A stretch of DNA of 64,000 nt from Octopus bimaculoides (GCF_001194135.2 NC_068991.1:7636070-7700069), one strand, 5' to 3'; counted from the first letter of the stretch, positions 23,801 through 38,800 are shown. Notes: a model not told the origin generated them from the letters alone. Numbers and translations are program-made.

Positions 23801-26800
23801 TTGGATGTTATTGAAACCAGTTATACCTTCATTTCAGAATTTGGTTCACAGCATCTTAAAACCCTAACATGTAAAGAGGAAGTTCTTTATAAACAACGAG
23901 ACAAATTTCTTTAACAGAACATTTACTATATTATAATAAAATGAATTTCGCCATTGGTGATGTTTTGCAAAAAAACTTTAGATCAGATGGTTTGTTAGAT
24001 TAACTTATAAATTATAATTTTAGAACTGTAGTTCAAATGAACTTCCTCCTCATTTCAACCTCATATTTCAATGATCAAATAGGTTGTTAACCTTGGAAGT
24101 AAAAGAAAAGAAAAACAACCAACCATTTTACTACAGACAGTATTTAAACATATTTCTTCTGGCCCTGAGCATTATACTTAACCTATCAATTTACAGTTCT
24201 GAGCACTTCTCCAAGTTATCAGCTATGAATTAAGTAGTTTATTTACATCATTTGATAGTAGTAGNNNNNNNNNNNNNNNNNNNNNNNNNNNNNNNNNNNN
24301 NNNTATATACATATATACACACACACACACACACACTCACACACACGTGTGTGTCCCCATTTGTTAGCAAATGGTTTAGTAATATTTTTCACACAGACTA
24401 CTCTGCAAGTATTTACTGAATATAATTTTATTCCTTTCCTTCTTAATGTACTTGTTTACAAAATATGGGAGTGTACCTGATGCCAGCTACTTCAACTACT
24501 AGATAAAATAATATACTAAACTTGTCTGAAGGTAGAAATACTAACTCATTAATTAATGCTGTTTAGACTGAAAAATTTATTTTTAAAATAATTCAGTTGT
24601 CTAGCATCGTAAACAGTCATCATGGATATATTTTGCTAAGTCTATAAACAATTTCTCCATTTCTTTCTGAGGCTTTAAGCCAATCCTATTTTCTTGCATT
24701 TTCTTGGTTATATGTGATTTTAACAATAGAATTGGGTGTTATACTTTGGACACCTGACAGAAACTGAAGTGTTTCATTTTTCATTTATGTAAAAGCAACT
24801 TTAAGTCAACAAAGATGTCAGTTGTTTCAGTTTTCTCAAGTCAAGATTTTTCCCCCTCTCTTTCAATGTGTTGCGTAGTTATAAAGCTAACCTTGCGGTT
24901 ACTGACCTATTTCCTTCCACCTTGCACACATATCTGTGTGTAAAACTGGTGCAAATGCAACTAAAACTCTCATTTAATGTTGCACTGTTTTTAGTATCCA
25001 GATGTCTTCTTCACCTCCCACTTTCTCTCTCTCATATGCATTGGTGATGTTAGAGCAATATTGCATTATGTCTAATTAATAGGCACCTTTTTAGATGAGT
25101 TTTAAGCCTGGATCTAATGTTTGTATCTTTTTTTAAATTTCATCTGATATTTGAGATTAATATAATCCTTATTTTCAAATATCTTTATCATCATTATCAT
25201 TTAACAAAGATTTTTCTATATTAACATTTGATGTATATTATTTACAAGATGGTGACAACATACAATGTGTCTCAATCTAGTTATTATCTTCATAAGGTCC
25301 TTTCTAACTACCTTTTTCCAGATCTCCTTTACTTTACTTCTACCTCATGCATTCTTTGCCAGTGAGTCATGGTACCACACCCTGACACCATTGCAGTTCT
25401 TTTAACCTTTCTACTGGTTTCAGTCTATGAAGTCCTTTCATTGTGCAGCACTACCTTCAATGGTTTCACAGTCACTCACAACCCTGCTACTTATTTTCTC
25501 AATCTCTGTTTATTGAGAGGGTAAATTACTGGGGGTTTTTTATATATAGAGAAATGCAACACCAGTTTACACTGTTAAACAACAGTTTTGAACTATAAGT
25601 GTGAATCCTCTGCTAATTTTCATAATTTATTGCAATGCCTCTGTGTAAAGCTGGTAAACGTAAAAACACAGGTCCTTTCACACATGTATATATATATATC
25701 AGGCTTCTACACACACTTTCTGTTAATCAGATTCCACTCGTGAAACATTGATTAACATAAGGCTAGAGTATTCTTTATTCTTCTATTCATTTACTTATTT
25801 CAGTCATTTGACAGCAACCATATGGAGCACCACTTTAACGGGTTTTTAGTCACAGAAATCGACCCCAGGACTTATTCTTTGTAAGCCTAGTGCTTATACT
25901 TATTCTATCGGTCTCTTTTGCTGAAGTGCTAAGATATGGGGATGTAAACCCACCAACTTCGGTTGTCAAGCGATGGTGGGGGCACAAACACTGACACAAA
26001 GACATACACACATAAATATATATATATATTCACATATGAGAGAGGCTTCTTTCAGAGGCTGTACTAGAAGACACTTGCCCAAGGTGCCACGCTGTGGACT
26101 GAACCCAGAACCATGTGGTTGGAGGGCAAGCTTCTGACTACAGCCATGCCTGCACCTAGCCAAAATTACTGTAGTACTTATCCAATGTATTGCACATTGG
26201 AGTTGAGACTGGAACCTTGTGATTGCAAAGCTAACTCCCTAACTATTCCTCTATCTGTGTCTCTATCCAAAATATTGTTTTTCACATCCAGTAGGTCATA
26301 GTTAATTTTCCCCTCTGTCTAGTTTCCTGCATTAAAAAAAAACACACATTTTTATTTTTTTTCTCATTTCAAGAAATCCCATTGCTCTGAAATTCTGAAA
26401 GCTGAGGTTAATAGGAAGGTTCGCAAAAGGGGATGGAATCAAGACCTTATATTATTTACTCAAGGAAAAGCTGTGTCTGAAGCTCCTAATATTAAAGGAA
26501 CTAGTAAATTTCCAAGTCCTCTGTTTGTAGCTGGAATGACATTGACTGTCAGCTAGGGAAGAAGAATTAAGGAAAGACCGTGTTTGCTTATTTACACAAG
26601 TGACACATCTGTATATCTGAGATATCTTTCAACATTGTTTGTGTTAATTCCACTCCCATAATTTGGAGTTCCTGGACTATTTCTAACAAGCACAGTAATT
26701 TATCTGAAGCTACTGAACTTAGTACAGCTACCAACATGTTTTTTTCCTGGCTACAATTGTATGTCTGAATGAGTTCACAATATGGCAACAGAGCAGTAGA

Positions 26801-29800
26801 AGAATTTGCAGAACTGTTGTGGAATCCAAGTCTCAAACTGGAAATTCAGAAAAATAAACTCTTGTATCTTTTGGTTGAATGTGGAAACAGAAATTTCGAT
26901 ACTCTCTGAATTAGTAATGGCAGCTCATTTACCATTTGTTTTTGAATGTTTATGGGAATTTGTATTTTCTTTATGCCTCTCAACCAAAGGCACAGATTGT
27001 ATGTTGCACCAAAACATACAAGCATAGTCATCTCACTGCAGGTGTTCATCTTTTCCTTGTTTCAGTCGGCCATGCTGGGGCACTACCTCGAAGAATTTCA
27101 GTTGAACAAATTGACTCCAGTAATTTTTAAGCCTGGTACTTATTCTATCAGGCTCTTTTGCCAAACTGCTAAGTTATAGGGACATAAACACACCAACACC
27201 GATTGTCAAGTGGTGATGGGAGACAGAAAAAATACATGGGTAGATAATCATCATCATCATCTTCGTTTAATGTGTGCCTTCCATGTTAGCATGGGTGGGA
27301 CGATTTCACAAGAGCTGGCCGGGCAGAAACCTGCACTAGGCTTCTGTAACTGTTTTGGCAGGATTTTTACAGCTGGATGCCCTTCCTAACACCAACCATT
27401 CAGCAAAGTGGACTTAGTGCTTTTTACATGGAATAAGCACAGGTGAGGTCAGTTTTGGCAAGGTTTTTACAGCTGGATGCCTTTCCAAATGGCAACCACT
27501 TTACAGTGTGGACTGGGTGCTTTTAAGTGGCACCTGCACTGACAGGGTCACCAAGTGCTTGCAAGACAAAAAAGAAGTCAAAAACGTGTGTGTGTGTGTG
27601 TGTGTGTGTGTATACGACAGGCTTCTTTCAGTTTGTCTACCATATCCACTCAAAAGGTTTTGGTTGGCCCAAAGTTATAGTAGAAGATGCTTGCTTAAGG
27701 TGCCATGCAGTCAGACTGAGCTCCATTTTGTATTTTCTAAGTTTTAGATTGTTATTAGTAGTTTTTATTGTTGAATATAATCCCATCCAGTTGCTTTCAT
27801 CTATTCCCTATTGAATTTTATGACACTCAAGGGGTCGAATGAGAGCTGGGCACAGCTGTTTGAGAGCTAATGATTTCACACAACTGGCTGAGCACTCAAA
27901 CTGTCTTGACAACATAACTAGATGCTCACACACACACACACACACACAAACAGAAATAGAGAGAGAGAGAGAGAATGAGAGAAAAACATTAAAACGTCCG
28001 ATGTCAAATAAGTCAGTGTTGAATCGGCAGTGCTAAAGAGCTGGCACCAGAATAGCTGTGCCAAAACATCTCATACTTGCTCCAAGAGAGTCTCAAGAAA
28101 ATTTATATGGAAAAAAGGGGTTATTAGGAGAGAAAGTCTGAGAGATAATGCTTTATGTAACTAAAACAAAAAAACTTATTCCATTTTCTCCAGATTCTGC
28201 AGCCGTTATTGGTTGAACATTTCTCTTATGAAGAATTGAAAGAAATTCAAACTCAAGTCATTGATCATCACACCCACCTACAAGAACATAAAGTCTATGT
28301 TGCAGAATTATACCAGAGCCTTCTTCATGGTAAGAATAATTCTTTAACCAATGCGTAACTCATTGTAATTAAGTTACTGAGCTAATAATATGAATAATCA
28401 CATTCTACTGCCTTAACAACAAATAGTAATGTTGTCCCTTGTTTAACATCCTTTTTTTTTATGCTGGCATGGATTGGATGGTTCAAGATGAACTGTTGAG
28501 CGAGAGGGTTGCACCAAGTTCCAGTGGCTACTTTGGCGTGGTTTCTGCAGCTGGATGTCCTTCATAGTGCCAACCACTTCACAGAGTGTACTGGGTGCAT
28601 TTTTCATGGCACCAGCACAGGTGAGGTCGCCAAGTAACTTTCCAAACTAGGCCGAATGGGATGTAGCTTTGAGGGATATGGTAGTATGATAGGTGGGCGG
28701 GAGCTGGTGTCTTGCTGATGAGGTGACTACGAAAGAGAGAATAGGATGCAAGAATGGAAAAAGCAGGCGGGTAATTAAATTGTATGTCTGGGTAGGATAT
28801 TGATTTCACTTTCCTTTCTTTATTCAGATAACTTTTATGGTAATACTGAATCTAAAATGGAGGAAACTGAAGAGAAAGAAGAAAAGGAGATTGATGACAA
28901 AAAAGAAACACTGGTTCCAATTGAGAGTCAACTGCCTGATGAAGTATGGCTTCAGATTTTCTCTTTTCTGAATCCACTTGAGCTCATGTACTGTTCTAAG
29001 ATGTCTGTAAACTGGAATCGGCTTACTATGGACCCGTCCCTTTGGACGGTAGTGAATCCAACCTATTGGGCTAGAGGTAAGTGTGTAAAAATATTCACAA
29101 TGTCAATTATTTACTCAAAATAATAACCCGGAAGAAATAAATGAATGCTCTTTGGCCGTGAGAAGGAAAGACAACTACAAATAACAACAAATAACATGCA
29201 GTTTTAAAAAGACTAGCTTGCTTACCAACCACATGGTTCCAGATTCTTATCTGTGGGGGTATCTCAAGGATAATGTTTACCAGAACAACCTTTAAACGGT
29301 TGATGAACTGAAGTTAGCAATCACAGCTGAAATCAGGGAAATCTCCAAAGAGGAATGTGTTCGAGTAATTGACAATTTTGTGCGACATATGCAAGTGTTT
29401 GCACAATGTATGCCATTTGGAGCTTATTTTGAAAAAAACAGAACTTTTTTTTTCCTGCTCTAGGCACAAGGCCTAAAATTTTGGTGGGAGGGGACCAGTC
29501 GATTAGATCGACCCCAGTACGTAACTGGTACTTAATTTATCGACCCTGAAAGGATGAAAGGCAAAGTCGACCTTGGCGGAATTTGAACTCAGAACGTAGT
29601 GGCAGATGAAATACTGCTAAGCATTTCGCCCGGCGTGCTACCGATTCTGCCAGCTTACCGCTTTAAGAACATGACTTTTATGCAAAGGGAATGATTGTAC
29701 ACAGACCGAAGTTTAAGAAATTTGCTGGACCTTTGTAGGGTCTGATAAAATTTTATGGGTTCTGTTTTTTTTTTGGGGGGGGGGGGGTCACCCTGTAAAT

Positions 29801-32800
29801 ACAATATGAAGTTGTGATCACAACAATATCCAACCTTTGTACATCAGAAACAATGGATGTAAACTGTTGCAGTATTAGTAATAGTTGTATTTGCTCGTTT
29901 GTTCAGTTTTTCAATTTGAAGTCCATCCTCTGTTGCCAGCAAACAATGATCCTAAGATGTTATACGGAACATGCCATGTTTGATGGCATAAAAGATACAT
30001 GGGTATATTAAGCACACCCTAATTTCAGCAGTGCATAGTCATGGAAAAAAGTTTTAGTGCATTAAAGCTGATAGGACACTCATCTTAGTATATAGGACCC
30101 AGGGTTTTTTCTTCTTTTTTTTTTGGAGATATTGTTTTGGGAAAACAGTGTCATCTGTGCCATTGAATGTGATAGTTTCTTTCATCATCATCATTTGCCA
30201 CTTTATTGTTGATCATTTGTCTTTTATTAAATTTGCTTTCATGATTTAACTACAGGTTTCTGGACATTCAAAAGTAACGATAATTTGTTGGAAGAAGTGA
30301 CCCTGTCTGGTGTCTGCCCTCAAACTGCCATCCAGTTTGATGAAGATGCTGATATTGATGAGTCTGCCAATACCTCTAGCAAGGTAAAATTACTGTTCTG
30401 AAGTCTATGGAGCTAACAAATCTGTGTGTGCATGTTTTCATAACTGTTAGTGTTAGATTTTGACATTTCTTGCAGGATAGTTTCTGCAAATTTTGGCATT
30501 TACATGAATTATTGAGAACTTTTTTTTTTCCTTCTGCTTCATTCTAATGGCAGCCATATATGCCTTATGATATTAACAAAACTGCATTTCAAAAGTCAAA
30601 TTTTTTTCTTTAGAGCCAGAAAATATCACAGGCCTGAACTAATGTGAAGTCTCGTATGAAGCACAAGTGTGTTGCATTTCTATAGCTGTTCACAAACTGA
30701 ATCAGTGCGTTTGCTATACACATAAACACCCTATTTCTCTTCCACCTCCCAAGAAGGCTATCCTGCTAATTAGCAAAAATTCACACCATTAACATGCTAC
30801 AGCCTCTGTACCATAAATAGACTCATTCTCTTCTCTTTCTTTTCTGCTTTGCTATAATAGCTTCTGTTCCTATGAACTAATAAGCTGCCTACTATCTTCA
30901 CTTAAAGCCACTTGATGCACTTGTCTCTTCCCCAAACCTGCATTATGCACTTTGTCTAATCCTTTCTTTGCAAGCTTCACCCACTGTTCCTCACACACAT
31001 CACCTGTTTATCAAGGCTTTTTATCCATCCGTCCATCTTCTCTGCCCACTATTCTTGGATAGGTCATGGGGGTAGAGTTCTCAGGCACCTCCTCCTTTCA
31101 CACGGAATTTCGTCTTTCTGAACCAAGGACCCTGAAGTGACTTATATATAATGGGACTGTGATTATGTATATCAGAAAAATATAAGTTGAAACAATTTGT
31201 TGGCCTTTTACATACATAAATAATGCGTTTTTTTTTTATACTTCTTTTCTTTTTCAAAATTAAGACAAAGTTCATTTTTAATTTAGTTTATGCAATTGAA
31301 AAAACCGCATTATTCATGGGATGATCCCATGTATATATATATATACACATATATATATTATGTAATTGGATGAAAGTTGACTATTCTGGATTCATCTGTC
31401 CTTTGATGGGTCTTGTTTTTCATGCTACAGTGTCCCCAAAAAAACCATTCTCCTCACCAACCAGCTTGGTGGTGCTTCCAGTTTAGTTGCAGACAACTGG
31501 TCCCTGCAACAGGTTGTCCCAAATCATCACATGTTACCCGTAGCACTCAACAGACAGTGGCCTTACATTGTGTGTGTGTGTGTGTGTGCATCTTTGTTTA
31601 TATATGTGTATTCATGAACTTTTTGTTCTTGGTTCTGTCACTTTCAATATCATTAATGAAATATCAGCTTAGTTCTTACTTTCATCATCATGTGCTCTTG
31701 TAGTAGCAAAGCTTATGATTCTATTTGCTTTAGTTTGTCTTCAAAAATTCTATCTTGTTCTTTCTTATCTTTGCAGTATTTCACTGAAAGAAAATTCATT
31801 GCATCTTTGAGTGAGAGTCCTTTTTTGGAACGAATTGGTCATGGAGTTCAGAAACTTGACCTAGCTTATTGTCATGGGGTTACTGATGATGTGGTGAGTC
31901 CTTTTCAGTCTTTGATTTATATATTTTTAAATCTATTTTATTCTTTTATTTCAGTCATTTGACTGTGGCCATGCTGGAGCACTACCTTTAGTCAAACAAA
32001 TTGACCCCAGGACTTATTCTTCGCAAGCCCAGTACTTATTCTATCCGTCTCTTTTGCTGAACAGCTATGTTACAGGGATGTAAACACACCAGCATTGGTT
32101 GTCAAGTGATGGTGGAGAGGGGGGACAAACACAGACATGCAAACACACACGCACACGACAGGCTTCTTTCAGTTTCCATCTACCAAATCCACTCACAAGG
32201 CTTTGGTTGGCCTAAGGCTTTTAGTAGAAGAGACTTGCCCAAGGTGCCACGCAGTGGGACTGAACCCGGAACCATGTGGTTGGGAAGCAAGCTACTTTCC
32301 ACACAGCCACTCCTACGCCTATATATCTTTATCTTTTTTTTTTTTTAATTATTTGTTTCGGCCATTGGACTACCAGCCATGCTGGAGCACCGTCTTGAAG
32401 GGTTTTATTCAAATTGACCTCAGTGCTTATTTTTAAGTTTGATACTTATTCTGTCGGTCAGTTTTGTGGTGTGTGTGTGGGTTGCGTAGGGAGCAAAGAG
32501 ACAAAGAGATGTATGCCTGCATACACACACACACACACACACGCAACGTGTTTCCACAGATTTTATCTACCAAATCCACTGACAAAGCTTTTGGTCATCC
32601 TAGCGCTATAGTAGGAGATACTTGCTCAAAGTACCATGCAGTGGGATTGAACCTGAAGTCATGTAGTATAAATCAAAAACTTCGCCACAGCCATATATAA
32701 AGTTTGTTTTCTATATACTGTGTTCATTGAAGTGGTTTGATAAATATGTCTGTGTCTGTCAGTGTTTGTCCCCCCACCACCCTACGACAACCAGTGGTGG

Positions 32801-35800
32801 TGTGTTCCAATCCCCGTAAACTAGCAGTTCAGCAAAAGAGACTGATAGAATAAGTGCTAGGCTTCAGAAAAATAACGAGTCCTTTGATTTGCTTTGTAAC
32901 TTTTTGTGCTCTGGTAAATTATTTCTCACTCCACCTGACCCCCAAGGAACCTTTATATATCATCAAAGTTCTTGCAAGGGTGAAATACTTTGAAATTGTG
33001 ATTGAATAAGAAAGGTACACTTGCTACAACGATAAGATGGCGGATTACCCAGTTGTGATCTAGCTTTGTAATGTTGTCCTTAAGCAAGGCACATAACTCT
33101 ACTTGTTCTGGTTGTTAGCTTAAAACAAAAATGTTGAAAGCTTGCTCCATTATTCTTACTCCCTGTATTTTAACGTGTATAAAGAACCTTCTAATTTTGG
33201 GGGCTTAAAATTTGGAAAAAGGTTTTTGTAAGGGATTATGATGCTATCCATGTATAAGAAACTCCCATATTTTTTAACCTAACTTTTGACAAAAAAAGGG
33301 TTCCTTATACATGTTAAAATATGGTAATTTGTAACAGGAAGGGCATCCTGCTAGAAAACAGATATTTCCATGGATAGTTTCACCTATGGAAAATAATGTA
33401 AAATATTGTAATTTTTGTATGAAGTGGTTTTTGAGTAAACTTTAAATCATCATCATCATCATCATTTAACATCCATTTTCCATGCTGGCATGGATTGGAT
33501 GGTTCAACAGGAGCTGGTGAGCCAAAGGACTGGACCAGACTCCATTTGTCTGGTTTGGCATGGTTTGTATAGCTGGATGCCCTCCCTAATGCCTACCACT
33601 TTACAGTGTGTACTGGGTGCTTTTTTACATAGCACCAGCACTAGTGAGGTCACCAAGTAACCTGCAAGACAAGATCCCTGCTCAGCTTTGTGAGGAGTTG
33701 TATTGAGGGAGGTGGCTTTATGCCAGGTGATGGGAGGTTAAAAAGTATGATAGAGGGACAGGAACAGGTGTGTTACTGTGGGGGAGATATACAGTTACTC
33801 TAGTTGGAAAAGAAAGTCAGTGGTGACGATGTATCAGGATGCACTCTCAGGTTACAGGAAAGTGAATATAAGAGAAGTTGCATGGGTGGGTAAGTAAGTT
33901 CATAGGAGTGTGAAGGAGAGGGGTAGATGGATAGAGGGGGAAATGCTGTGAGTGGCGAACACAGTGGGAACATCAATTGGTTAGTGATTGCTTCAAAAAT
34001 ATGTTCATTAAAGATAGATAACTCTATTCTGTAAACTAAAATATATTTATCTTTTCAACTTGCATCTTCTGGTCTTAGCTTCTCAACCTATTTAAGAGAA
34101 CCAGTAGCTTGTCACTCATAGTTAGTGTCCTGTGTATTAACTTTGTTTTTTTTACCAAGTTTAATATTCTTAATATCCCACAACACTTGACATGTTTTCC
34201 TCTTCTCATCTTGATTGTTTTATTTGTTCATCATGATCATCATCATTTAATGTCCACTTTCCATATAGCTTGGGTCAGATGGAATTAGTTGAGGCAGACT
34301 TGTTATGGCCAGATATCCTTCTTGTCATTTATAACCCTCATTTACAACCATCACATGATGTCAAAATACAGGGTAGTTTTTTGACATATTTAAAGATGAA
34401 AGCAGCACATCTTATATGCTGGCAGATACAATAATTTCTGACAACTATTTGAATAGTGGATAATTTAGAAATAAAAATAAGTGTAATTATTTATGTATAA
34501 TTGTCATAGTCACTGTCATTTATTTAAAAATTCTTTCCATGTTTTTTAAAAAAAAACAACCTGTATTCAAATTGTTTGATTGACATTTTATTTTTTATTG
34601 CAGCTCCGAGAATTTTTGTCCTTTTGTCCTAACTTAGAGTTCCTGGATATTTCTCAAACAAAAATCTCTGATAAAGCATTCAAAAGGTTAGTTCTGTTTG
34701 TTCTTTAAAATTTCCATTTATAAACTGTTGAAACTGTCAGTGAAATTGTCTTGTTCCAATTTTCAATTTCTTTTTTCAGTAGGATCTTTAGATTTTAATT
34801 TAGATTTATGAAATGAATTTATAATTAATGCTACTTCTATCAGTATTATAATTATTTTATGTTAATTCTAGATTTAACAAATGTAATGGCTATTACATTG
34901 TATCTTTAAACAAAGCATATTCCCTTTATTTACATAAATTTTAGTGGGATTAAGTAATTTGTTTATAAATGATTAGCTGTATTGGGGAAGAATGTAAAAT
35001 CATGATCCATGTAGCTGGCTTTGTTATAAATCCATCCAAGTTGTGAAGGAAGTGATATAAAAAATGCTTAATGGATCATCATTATCATTTAACATCTGTT
35101 TTTCATGCTGGTGTGGATGATTTGACAGGATCCAGTGAATTGCAGATCTGTGTTGAACTCTGAGTTTTGACATGGTTTTGGAGCTTCACGCAACCCTGCA
35201 GCTCACCAGATCTTGTTACACTGTCCGACCCATTGTTAACATAGTAAATGGACGTTAAATATAATGATGATCCTTTTAGCATTTTAAAAATCTCTAGGCA
35301 TTTGTCTGCTTTTCATTGTAGTTTTATTAAAAAAAAAATGAAAAAATAATTATTGCATAATTCCATACTTGTCAAAAGTGATAGTCCCAAAGTTTAGACT
35401 GATATCATTTTGAGAATGATCTTTGTGCTGTTGTAATCAGAAATGATCTTTTGAGCTATAAAAAGTGGCAAGTTAAATTATTTATGGCTGAAACCAGTAA
35501 AATAATTTTTTTTAAGACTTACAACCTATTTCCTTGATAACATTTTTAACAAGTTTTTAACTTTGGGGGAAAAGAATATTCACTGCTCATCTTGCTGAAT
35601 TTTATACATTGGGTTGTCAGATAAATTTGTTAAACTTTTCTACTTGGCACTCTATAGAAATATGTCTGAAAAGTAGTAAAATTTATTCAAATGGCAAAAA
35701 TGATAAACAAAAATTGTAGAGGAAGAATAGAACCACAAATATCCATAGAACACTACAATATTTTGTGTTGATTCAAATAACATTGAAAAAGATCAAAGTA

Positions 35801-38800
35801 AATGGGGGGGGAGGGGAATCTATGTGTGTCTATATACTCCCACACACATACACAACAAACAGACATACACACACCTAATGTGATTTTACTTTCTTGTTTC
35901 AGTCTTGGTGAAAATGGCTGTGGCTATAAACTACAACACCTAGATTTTACTGGTTGCATTAATATCACTGATAAGACATTGAAAAAAATTTCACTGGTTA
36001 TAGGAAATCCAGTATTTAACACTAAATCATTCCCCATTTTGAAACTGAAAACGTCTTTAGAAATTGAATCTTGTCCATTAGTGTCATCACAGTGTGGCAT
36101 ACAAAATAAAAACTGCTCAGAAATGCGGTCATTTAACATCAGCGATGACCTGTTGCCAGATTGTTGCATCGGCTGCAACATTCCAACAGTTTCTTGTCCT
36201 TTGAATGCAAATAAATATGAAAATGTTGTCATTAACAACAGAGACAATTTAAGACAAACGTTAAGGACTTCAAATTCACTGAAGAAACTTCATAATGAAT
36301 TTATGTCATATAGTGACTTTTTGACTTGTGATCGGACACTGACTTTTGATAATTGTGTGGAAAATTCTAAAATCAAACCACAATCTTGTCAAGAGCAAAG
36401 CAGAGGACTTACATATCTAAATCTATCTGGTTGTTTCCATATCACTAATGAAAGTCTGAGGTAAGTTACCTGCAGTTTTTGTTTTGTTTGTGTTACCAAA
36501 TATCTGAATGGTACAATAATGTCTATAGTTGCTGGTCAGTTTTAAGTGCACCTCTCTTGTTTTCTAACAATTAATGTTGTTGGAAGAGGAAACATTGGCA
36601 GTGCTACTGAGAAAATTGTTACAATATAGCAAATTGTGTTTTTTTTTATTGTTTTACATTTTCCTCTCCTAATATATATATGTGTGTGTAGAACAATGAA
36701 GAAATAAGTGATATAGATGTCCACTTTATACAGCTCAACCGAGTAGCGTTCTGTTAGAGCTTCAGGAATATAAAATTAAAGAGAGGAGATAACAAATTCA
36801 AAGGCCGATGTATATATTCAAGCAGACTTAGAATGAAATTCAAACATGACCATCCTCCTCATCATCATCATTTAATGTCCTCCTTCCATGCTGGCATGGG
36901 TTGGACGGTTTGACAGGAGTTGGCCGGGCAGAAGACCGCACCATACTTCTGTGTCTATTTTGGCACGGTTTTTATGGCTGGATGCCCTTCCTAACACATC
37001 CTGTGTTATTTTCCCTTTTCTTTTTACTTCTAAGACGATTACATTGTCTAATAGATCATTCCTTTTTGAAGACGGTAGAGCATGGTATTTCTAACCATTT
37101 GAGCAACCAGCTAGAGGTTTCAGACACGGCTGTGAAGTTCAAATGCTTGCTTCCCAACTGTGTGGTTTCAAATTTAGTCCCACTGCCTGGCCATTTGGGG
37201 CAAAAGTGTCTTCTGCTCTAGCTTTGAGCCAGCCAAAGCCATGTGATTGGATTTGGTCGGTAGAAGCCAAAACAAGTCCATTGTGTGTGTGTGTGTGTGT
37301 TTCCTTGATAGTTGTAATTAGGTAATGCTGTCATACAAGCACTTTGCTCATTTTCATTATTCTGTGGAAACATGTCTGGTTATGTAAAGATATCACCTTC
37401 CTTGGGAACAGGTGAGGGTCAGAAATAGGAAGGGAATCCAGCTGAAGAAATCCTCCTCAGTATGAAGAAGTGGATGTTAAAATGATGATGATGATGATTA
37501 TCAACACCCTTTAAAATAAACCAATGCGTCAAGATGAAACCTAAAACAAAAATCAATATGAGTGATGTTTGGATGGTGGCTGCTGATTATTATCAGTATC
37601 TTGTTTCATTTAGGTTAGACGTAAAGAGATATCAAAGCAAGATGTATAGTTTTGATAATGTTTAATTAGCACAACTAATCTTGCACTTGTGACATGCAGT
37701 TGATTGACACAAGTATATCTACATCAGTTTCAATTTTGTTTACAGCATTTTTCTCTTCTTTTTTTCCTCTTTATTAAAATTTTATTTTGGAGACCATAGT
37801 CACGGCTTGTACCAGTGTCAGATTAATGGCCCCTGTGCTGGTGGCACATAAAAAAACACCCACTACACTCTGAGTTGTTAGCGTTAGGAAGGGCATCCAA
37901 CCATAGAAACCTTTCCAAACCAGATTGGAACCTGGTACAGCTCCCTGGCTTACCAGTTTTCTTTCAGACCATCCAATCCATGCCAGCATGGAAAGCGGAC
38001 ATTAAATGATGATGATGATAATAATCTTTTATTCAATGAATGAATGTGGGTTTCAAATTTTGGCACAAGGCCAGCAAGTTCGGGAGAAGGGAGTAAGTCG
38101 ATATCACACCGACCTCAGTACTCACTCAACTGGTACTTCATTTCTTTATTGCTCACAGTGGGGCTAATGGTATTTACTTTATCAACACCGAAAGGATGAA
38201 AGGCATGGGATTTGAATGCAGAACATGAAGACTGACAAAATACTGCTAAGCATATTGCCCAGCATGCTAACCTGGTTCTCTCTGCTCACCACCTTTAAAA
38301 TGAAAGGCTAAGTCAACCCTTGTGGCATTTGAACATAACGCGTGACAAGAAATGCTGCTAAACGTTTTTGACTGAAGCACCAATGATTCTACTACCTCAC
38401 CATGAACGAAATATTGATTGATTATATATTACTAAATGAAATCTTGTGGAAGCCATTCGTCTAATCTTTCGTATTCTGCTCCCAAGTCAGATACATTGCT
38501 CGTCTTGCTTCACTGGCCGGTAATAGATTCCGCTTCTACTTCACACTTGAATGTTGAGTGTTAATATTGTAAGTGGCATCCAACCGCAAGACAATTAGTT
38601 TTGTGGCAAGCAAATGTCTGTGTTAGTTTATAAAATAAATGATGTGTACAAACAAAATGAGTTTATTGAATATACGTTTCCTTTGAAGTCGCTCAGACAT
38701 TGTGTGTGGATGAGTTGGTAGGGTTCAAGGAAACCAGCCAAAGATTTGTGGTTTGTATCCTTTCATTGGCACTGCTGCTTCATCATCATCANNNNNNNNN

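Noticed and set aside
28715-28734. CTGATGAG-GTGACTA-CGAAA hammerhead-like core
   Set aside because: There is no stem III or NUH triplet downstream, and the homologous part of the family C copy at about 33770 lacks the motif, so it is likely chance.
35802-35902. N-terminal part of the 220-aa ORF (MGGEGNLCV...)
   Set aside because: It is intronic. The true exon starts at the acceptor at 35903, fixed by phase with exon 7.
38673-38696. Minus-strand CTGAGCGA-CTTCAAAG-GAAACGTA hammerhead-like motif
   Set aside because: The core has an extra base and stem I does not form in register. At most it is a dead PLE-derived relic.
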